Origin: Euglena gracilis
Lineage: Eukaryota
Length of the DNA: 64,000 nt
Direction of reading: 5' to 3'
Assembly: GCA_039621445.1 (NCBI GenBank)
Contig: CP154954.1
Coordinates: 8,868,634-8,932,633 of the forward strand
How positions within the stretch are numbered: the stretch's first letter is position 1; each line of letters starts with the position of its first letter. Below the pieces are notes generated by a model. It was not told the DNA's origin, ran no database searches, and saw only the letters and a list, made by a program, of their open reading frames with translations. Shown here one piece after another: positions 56,495-64,000 of this stretch. Both the position numbers and the translations under genes were made by a program.

Positions 56495-59400
56495 CGCTCT
56501 CCCCTCTCACTGATCCGCCGATCCGGTCCGCCCCTCAACACAATGAGCCTAGCCTCTGTCAGGCATCGCTGACCCTAGCGCAAACCCCCCTCTGCGTGAG
56601 AGCAGAGGTGGAGACCAACCTGCCTGACCTGCTCCATTTCCTTACCTTCTTTGATTGTGCTTGCCTGGCTGGGGAACTTGCTGCCAGACGCAACAGGCGC
56701 CAATTATCTGACAGCAAAGTGAGTCATTAACTGTGGGGCAATTGTGGACGACCAGGGGTGGGGGTCCCTACACGTACGGGTGACTGTACAGCAAGCGTGG
56801 TGTAACCCAGGGGGAATTGCCTCGTTTTTTTTTCCATAGAGAATTCTGGTAAACGTCCCCAGCAGGATCGACATAAGGAGAGTATATGGGTTAGAGGAGG
56901 GGGTGTCCATCCCCCCCCACTGCCAAGGGGGTCCAGACCGACCCGGGGGTATCTGGGACCCCAAAAGAGGTCAATTTTTTTCTTCCGGCGCTGCACCGAA
57001 AATTTTGCGTTTTTTTTTGGGCAAATTTCTGCCCAAAGGTGCACAAAATGACATTTTTGGCCGATTGGGGGGGCAATGTTTTTTTCGGCCTGGCGCTTTG
57101 GTAACCCAGACCGCGCCATTGTACAGGAGCGAGGAGGGTGCCTCCCACCCCTACTGGATTGGAGGAGGGGGTCTGGCCACCCCCCCACCTGCCTTTATAT
57201 CGAACCCTGTCCCCAGTGCGAACTTGATGAAAGCAAAGCAAAGCAAAGCAACTCAACTTTGATTTTTTTGGTGAAAAGCGTCGGCTTCAGTTCAAACGCC
57301 CCGCCAACGCGATTGTGGTTGTTGGGCACCGGCGAACCACTCGGCAGGGAAGTCATCCCCCTTTTTCTGGAAGATGCTTTCCCGACCCCCCAAACAGGGT
57401 TTTTTCCAAAAAGGTTGATGACCAGGGGAGCAGGGTCCTGCCCCCCCCCCCCCAATGGCCTGAGTGGGCACACAGGGGGCTGTGAAACGCCGAAAGTTTT
57501 TGGGACCCCCTCCCAATGGCGAGTCCCCTCTGAGCCCCCGGGTCCACCACCCCCAGAGGGCATCGGGGTGGGTGCCGACCTCTCCAGAGTCTTAGAACAG
57601 CCTCTCCCATCTCCCGGGGGGGGGGGGTTCAATGAAATGGTGCAACGGTGCCTGGGGGGGGATTTTGCTGCGGGGGTCCGCCCAGACGACCACCTCAGCG
57701 GACAGCCAGGTCCAGCAACCCTCTCCTGTTCTGCCCTCGTCCTGGAGGCCGGTGGCGGGGCAGTCGGTCCAGCCTCCCCTTCGCCTTTTTTTCTTGAGTT
57801 TCTCATACTGCCCAAAAGTTTGCGTGCTTCCATTTTAGTCATTGCTAGATTTGTTGCCGACTGTTGCTGCGCCAGAAATCCAAACCCTGGATTTTTTTCA
57901 AAGAAATGGATCGGATCAACCTTATCGGTGGTTCGTTTGGGCAAACAAACCAAAACCTCAGCCCCAAGCCAATGCCAAAAAAAAAACAATGCCAAAACCA
58001 ACGCCAGCGCCAACTCCAACACCCACACCCACACCACCGATGCCAACACCTGGGATAGCCATTCCATCCAGAGCAAAAATGCATTCCACGGCACCTTGAC
58101 CTCAGTTTGAAGGGAACGTTGACGAGAGATTTTCGGATTTTTGTTGTTTGATTTGTATTCCCATTCTTCAACGTTTGTCATGATGGAAAATCACACATGA
58201 TAGTGGTGACCTGGTGGGTGCGTATCATCATGGAGTTGTCTCACCTTGATGCGAAGGCAGTCATCCTCGTTTTATGCCTCATGTGCTGGCTCACCTAGCC
58301 CCCGTTGTCTGCCCACCTTTTTTCGACGTTTTTTCATGGAAAAGGTCACGGGTACCCGTAAAGCATCAGCGGGGTGGAATATTCCCAGAACTATTTCGGA
58401 ACACCCCGGGGCCCACAAATTTCCCGTGATTTTTTTTCGGGGCAAAATCAGAAATATCGGGCCAAATCGGGTCGTTTTTCGGGTGGGCAGGCAACGCGGG
58501 CTAGGTCTGAGTCCCAACACCCTCGTGTTCTTCTGTTGGCGACTTGAAATCGGGCTGCCTCTTTATTTGGGCAGAACAACACCAGAATTGTAGTGTCGTG
58601 AGTTTGCACATCCCACCACAAAGGGGAAGTCGGTCCCGAGGGGCATCACCCCTCCCTGGGGATTTTTCAGGATACACCCCTTCCCCTTTTGCCTCAGCCA
58701 CCTGCATGGGTGCTTGCGTTGCTGTGCCCTTTCTTTGCGGATTGTCCAACGCCCTAATCAGATCGCCAGCCACATGTGGGTAGACCAGTGTGGTGCGATG
58801 GTGTAAGCCTGCCCCAAATAATATACCCCCCTCTCCAGGGGTTTCAGCTGTCTAAATTATTAGATTATGTCTAAATTAAATAAATGTACCCCCTTTGCCG
58901 CACCCCAGATATCAAAATATCCTCAATTCCCGTCCAAAAACAATATATTTTTGAAAAAATGTCTGGTACCGAAAAATACGGCAGTATTTACCTGAAATAA
59001 ATTGTCAAAAAAGTTTAAAAATCAGAAATTATGTAAAGATGTCATTGTAAGTGGATCCAATGAATAAACGCCTAAAATAGTATCCCTCCTTGGCCCCCAA
59101 CTTCGGATGTCCAAATAATATTCCCCCGGGTGAATTATTTGGGGACACCTGCTGTTGGCGAATGGAGGTGGCATAAGTGATGTGTGGCACCGTGAGGTTC
59201 GCCAGACATGACCTCCAAGCTGACGGTGATAGATTATGTTTGGTGCAGTCTGGACAAGAACGGGAGGCAAAACTACCATCAAAGTTTTCCCATATTTTTT
59301 GTAAGTTTTGTCTTCCGTAATCTCGTCCGTCCGCCCTGTGTCATCTTTCACTGGCCTTCAAGCCACAGGTGGTCCACACCAAAATTATCACCAAAACACC

Positions 59401-60870
59401 GCCCCAAAAGAACCCAGATGCAAAAATCCAAGAACAAGAACTCCCATTCAAATTTAAGAAGCCCCTGACGGCGTAAAGTGCCGGTGACTGAATGCGTTAC
59501 CTCCAAAATTACCCGTAGCCTCAACTTCAGGCACCAGAATGATGAAATTCTGGTCTTTGATCATTGCAAGACCCAAGAATCATGTGAAGTCTCCATTTTC
59601 AGTACATAAGAAAATGAAAAATAAATTTTAAAAAAACTAGAAATTGAAATTTTGGGAAAGCACTTAAATTTTCCCGAAATATTCTTTCCTGTGCACACCA
59701 TTTTTTTTGCCATTTTTTTTCCTTTTCCCACGCCATTTTGAGCTAAGACAAAGCAAAACAATCGCACAGGCAAACTGCTCTACTGCCAGACAACTGAAAG
59801 TTCTATGTACATATTCTCAGACCAATTTCAATGATTATGAAACATAATTGTGTGGAACTGGTCAAACCAATTATGCCACATTGCAAGTTTGCACAAGTGT
59901 TTTGGTGTGGCATTTTTTTTGCAGCATTCTTTTGGTTTTTTTTTGGCATTCTACTGAAAAAATGGCCTGTTTTATATATGCTTTTTTATATTTTATTATT
60001 CAGGGTTAGAGAAACGGTGCGAACAATTCTCCCAAGTATCCACTGAGTTGAAGCGGAAAACAATCAAGTGAAAAGTTTTCCGTGGAAGAGATAAAATTTC
60101 TTTCTGAGTCTCTCCACCATGAAAGTGTGCAGCATTGCAGATCTCCAAAATGAATTTACATGCAACTTGCATTTTTGCAGTCTTTTCTTCATTGCATATT
60201 TTGAGGAGCCTTGTTGCATCTTCCCCTCCCCATTGAGCTTGTCCGACGTGTGGGCTCCTCTGCACCACGTTGCATTCCAATGACTTTGCCCCCCTGCCCC
60301 GTTTCTCGCCCCCCCCATTGGCGGCATGGCGGGCTCGCCCGCTGTCCTCCACCGAAGACAGTCTTTGATGACCTCTGCCAACCCCACACTGCTGCAGCTG
60401 TTGCGATTTCCTGTTGGCCTTGACACTCTGTTCCAGCGCCAAAACGGGTCTGGGCCATACCACGGGGGATGACTGACTGGGTTTTGAAAATTCCCAAACA
60501 CCCAACCCCCCCCCCTCAAGGGGGTCGGCAAAAAAAAAACACCAAGGTGACCCGGCGCCGGTGATTTTTCTGGACATTTTCTTCACAGTTCCGGTCGATT
60601 TTCCCTGAATCTGGGAGTGGTCAACCTCGGGGGGGGGGGGGGGCATTGACAGACTGTTTTTTGAAGAACGGAAGTGACCCCCATGGGGATCAGTTAAAAA
60701 AAATTGTATTGTCTGGACACACAGCCTCACGTGAATACATCCACAACGCAGGCAGGGTCAAAGATCAGCAGATTTTTGGCAGGCTCAGCCCCCATCAGGG
60801 ATTCAGCCAGCATTCTTTCCAGCAAGAAAATCCCTGAGTCAGTGTGCAGGTCCCCCGGGGGGGCGGGGGG

Positions 60871-61468
60871 GTGCTTCCGCACCGCGTGCACCGCGTGCAC
60901 CGCATCATGAGAAGAATCATTTCCGAATGTGCAATTTTCACAAATTTCCGCCAGTGCCCCATCTGTAGTTCACTTCCGTTCTTTTTTTGTCTGGTTTCCT
61001 GCAAATCAGCAACTTTTGGTCTTTTTGGCCATTTTTTTTTGGCCACTTTTGGCCACTGTGAGCTGCATTTGGCAATTTAGACCGCTTTTGGCTGTTTGAA
61101 TGCATTTTTGGCTCATTCACACCAATTTCGGATGCTTCTGGACAGTTTAGCATATTTGTGTCCATTTTAGGTCATTTCTCAGTGCTTTTAGCCACTTTTT
61201 GCACATTTTTTTTACCAATTTTGGCCATTTTGTGGCCACTTGCACAGCTTCAGTGGCCATTGGGACAGATTTGGTGAGATCTGGTGGCAAAACCGGGTGA
61301 TTTGGGCCAAAAACCGCCAAAAAATGATCAAATTCACCCAAAATGCCTTTTTACTGCAGTTTTGTAATCGATGGGTGCTTTTGCGGGCGCTTTACTCTCA
61401 TTCAATCATTTTAGATTTTACCTGATTCTTGTCACGCGGTGCCACACGGTGCACGCGGTGCGAAACAC
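60871..61468. mobile_element. Inverted-repeat-bounded element with GCACCGCGT repeats
   Basis: GTGCTTCCGCACCGCGTGCACC at the left versus GGTGCACGCGGTGCGAAACAC at the right. Confidence 0.5.
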
Positions 61469-64000
61469 TTAGACGGCCGGGAATGCATTTTTCATTTTTG
61501 GTGTTTTTTTGCGCACCTGCGCATTCTTTTGAGACCAAGTGTGTCGCCACCACTTGACGGGGCGGCCGACCCGTCAAGTGAAACCCCTGGTACCAAAATG
61601 GGTACCACCACCTTCGATCCCTGGGTTTTTTCCTGGGCAAACCGACTTTTTTCGTTTTGAAAATGACGGTTTAGCACCTCCGCGGACCGAGGGAAAACCC
61701 CCGTCTGCCGAAGTAGGTGCGACACAAAACGCTGTTTCACGAGGACGAACCCTCGTCAGGTGAAGGCGTTGTACCTGTGGCTGCCCCCCTGTTTTGTGGA
61801 CCCCAGTGAATGCGCAGGTGCGCATTCACCCCCCTCTCCGTCCCGGCCTTTTCCTGAAGTGTTGGACGGTTATTGTGGCTCCCAGGGGTGGTTGTGGGAA
61901 GCGGGCACTGTGGTCTATACGGTTAGAGTGGATGGGAGGTTCTGTGCCCTGTGCTGGAAGCAGGGCACGAGGGGGCGATGGTGAATGTTTGTTGTGTACG
62001 TGTACTCTGCATTCAGAGAGTGGCGGGGGGGGTGTTTAAATCCACTCCAGATGTGTGTTGGGGAGGGCTCGTCACCCTCCTCAGGCTGCCTGCTGTTTGC
62101 CATTCCACACGGTACACTGCACCCCTCTGTGACACATGCAGGCACAGCATCCCTCCAGTGGCGCATGCCGTCCGCTCCCCATGTGCCTTCTCATAGGCAC
62201 CACGGCACCTCACCATGTGGGACCACCTGTGTTTGGGTCTGACGTTTGGGATGGGGTGCTTGGTATGGAAGGGGGGGGGCTGGCTTGCACCCCTTTCCTG
62301 CGTGTCACTGGTTTTTAAAGCTATGGAGCGGAGCCCCGCCTCAAGCCTTTCTGCCACAGACCATACCCTCCAGAACAGCCCTCACAAACAACATAAAATG
62401 GCTCCTCTCCGAGGTTGCATGAGGCACAAGAATGCGCACGTGCGCACTCTTGAGGCCATTCCTTCGCTGGCTGGCTGTGATTCTATCTGCAGGAGAGCAG
62501 GAGGGGAGCAGCGCTGGGCATCCACAAGAGTGCGCACCTGCGCATTCCGTGAGGGGGAGTGCGCAGGTGCGCATTCTCTGTGTGCTGTGTCTCGCACCCC
62601 TGAACCCAGTGCCAGCACAGCATTGTGGTAGGGCTACCCCCATGGTGCACTGCTGGCCTTTTTGTTAGCAATTTCAGAGGCATCTCATTGCACAGGAGGA
62701 TGCCGCCAGAGTAGGGTGTACGTCTCCTGGGCTGTGCCTCTACCTTGTGTGCTGAGTTGTTTGGCATGGCTCTCTATAGCAACCTCCTACCAGGGTGCTG
62801 TAAGGGGAGACACAAGAAGGGAATGCGCATATGCGCATTCACCCCAATGTGCCATGTTTGACTGCAGCCATTGCGGATGGGGTGTGTGGAGAAGGTGTGT
62901 GCACATGTGCTTTCCCTGGTCTTCACAGCCGCCAGGGGTTGTGTAGTTTGCAGTGTTGGTGTGTCGACTCTGAGTTCATGATAAAAAAGGGTTCTGTGTG
63001 GTGGGTGACGTTTATTGCCAGCAAGGCCACAGGTGGTGGTCCTCGTCTGCCGTGTTTCGCTCCAGGGCTGTCTCGTCCTCGGACACCATTGGATCCTCCC
63101 AGGGAGGTCTACACTTCAGCTGTGTGGTTTCAAACCCAGGCCACTCGGGGGGGAGTTGGCGTGGGTGGTGGCAGCCCACCTGGGAGTGAAAATATTCGAC
63201 GGTGTGGCTGTCATTCAAAGAAAGGCACAGGACGATTTTTTGCGCATGTGCGCATTCACCAGCTTTTCACTCATGCCATGAAGGACTGCTGACCGCATTT
63301 GGGAATTAGGGTGCCCGTCACCGAGGAACTTCCTGGGGCATTGAAGTCCCTTTCTCATCCGTTTTCCCTTGGTATGACACAGTGGAATACACAGAAAAAG
63401 CAGAACGGAAAAACTTACTTGGTTTATCGGCAAGTTTTTGTTGTGATGTTTTTGTCCCTGTCTCACAATCTCAAGGGCCTGGAGAAATTTTGGGGTAAGG
63501 ACTGACCAGTGGTGTTCGCTTCTTTGAGTCCATCTGGATTGTAAATTAATTCTGTGTTTACAGACCGTTTTTGGGGAATGATGCCGAAGGTGGTGACAGG
63601 CGTGTTTCGCTCTCGAGGTGCCAACCCCATGAGCACTGTGTGTGGTACCAGACACAACCCCCTGCGTTGACCCTAATTGTGGGGCACAGTGCTTCTTGCA
63701 CCTCGTACCGCAGCCCAACGTAAGGTTGTTCAGTGCGACCATTGGCTGTGTGCTGCCATGCACGCTCTGGGGCGTGGGGTTGGACAACGCTGGCACCAAC
63801 CGGCCCACCACCTCCGCTGGGTGGGGGACCGTTGCCTGTGTGTTGTTACGTGCTCCACACGTTCATGAGAGCAACGCAGGCTGGGCTGGGCACTGGACTG
63901 CAGCGGGTGAAGTGGAATGCGCAGGTGCGCATTCTGATTTGCTCAATGATTTGCACTGCAGGGGGCAGTTCCCCTATCACTGAAGGACATGGATTCGTGC

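Noticed and set aside
57076-58181. Overlapping 344-aa and 328-aa ORFs
   Set aside because: Composed of MITE fragments and low-complexity sequence without the GC3-rich codon pattern of real exons; a small exon near 57670-57770 cannot be excluded.
61510-63934. Dispersed palindromes as CRISPR repeats or integron attC sites
   Set aside because: Spacing is highly irregular, and there are no cassette ORFs, integrase or cas genes.

Overview
Eukaryotic nuclear DNA, very probably from a euglenid (Euglena-like) genome. Short GC-rich exons are separated by long, repeat-filled introns. Many introns lack GT-AG ends and instead have base-paired termini in a fixed register (intron +4..+6 pairs with -8..-6, often CAG/CTG), the known signature of euglenid nonconventional introns; GT-AG, probable GC-AG and intermediate introns also occur. 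Splicing by hand gives five genes, all on the + strand: the 3' part of a coiled-coil/Zn-ribbon protein, a complete 142-aa MAPEG (MGST3-like) gene whose four introns are all nonconventional, and three hypothetical proteins. Non-coding DNA is dense in MITE-like elements of two classes (CA..TG-ended with 8-bp target duplications; C/G-rich ends flanked by TA), often nested, plus satellites and microsatellites. Main observation: the nonconventional-intron geometry (3 nt before the stem + 5 nt after = 8 nt) equals the 8-bp TSD of the local MITEs, and one intron (40449-40810) is itself a copy of such a MITE family. This suggests an intron-generating transposon system. Almost all entries in the supplied ORF track are spurious products of repeats. 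No CRISPR, rRNA or intact transposase was found. All gene models are manual and lack transcript support.
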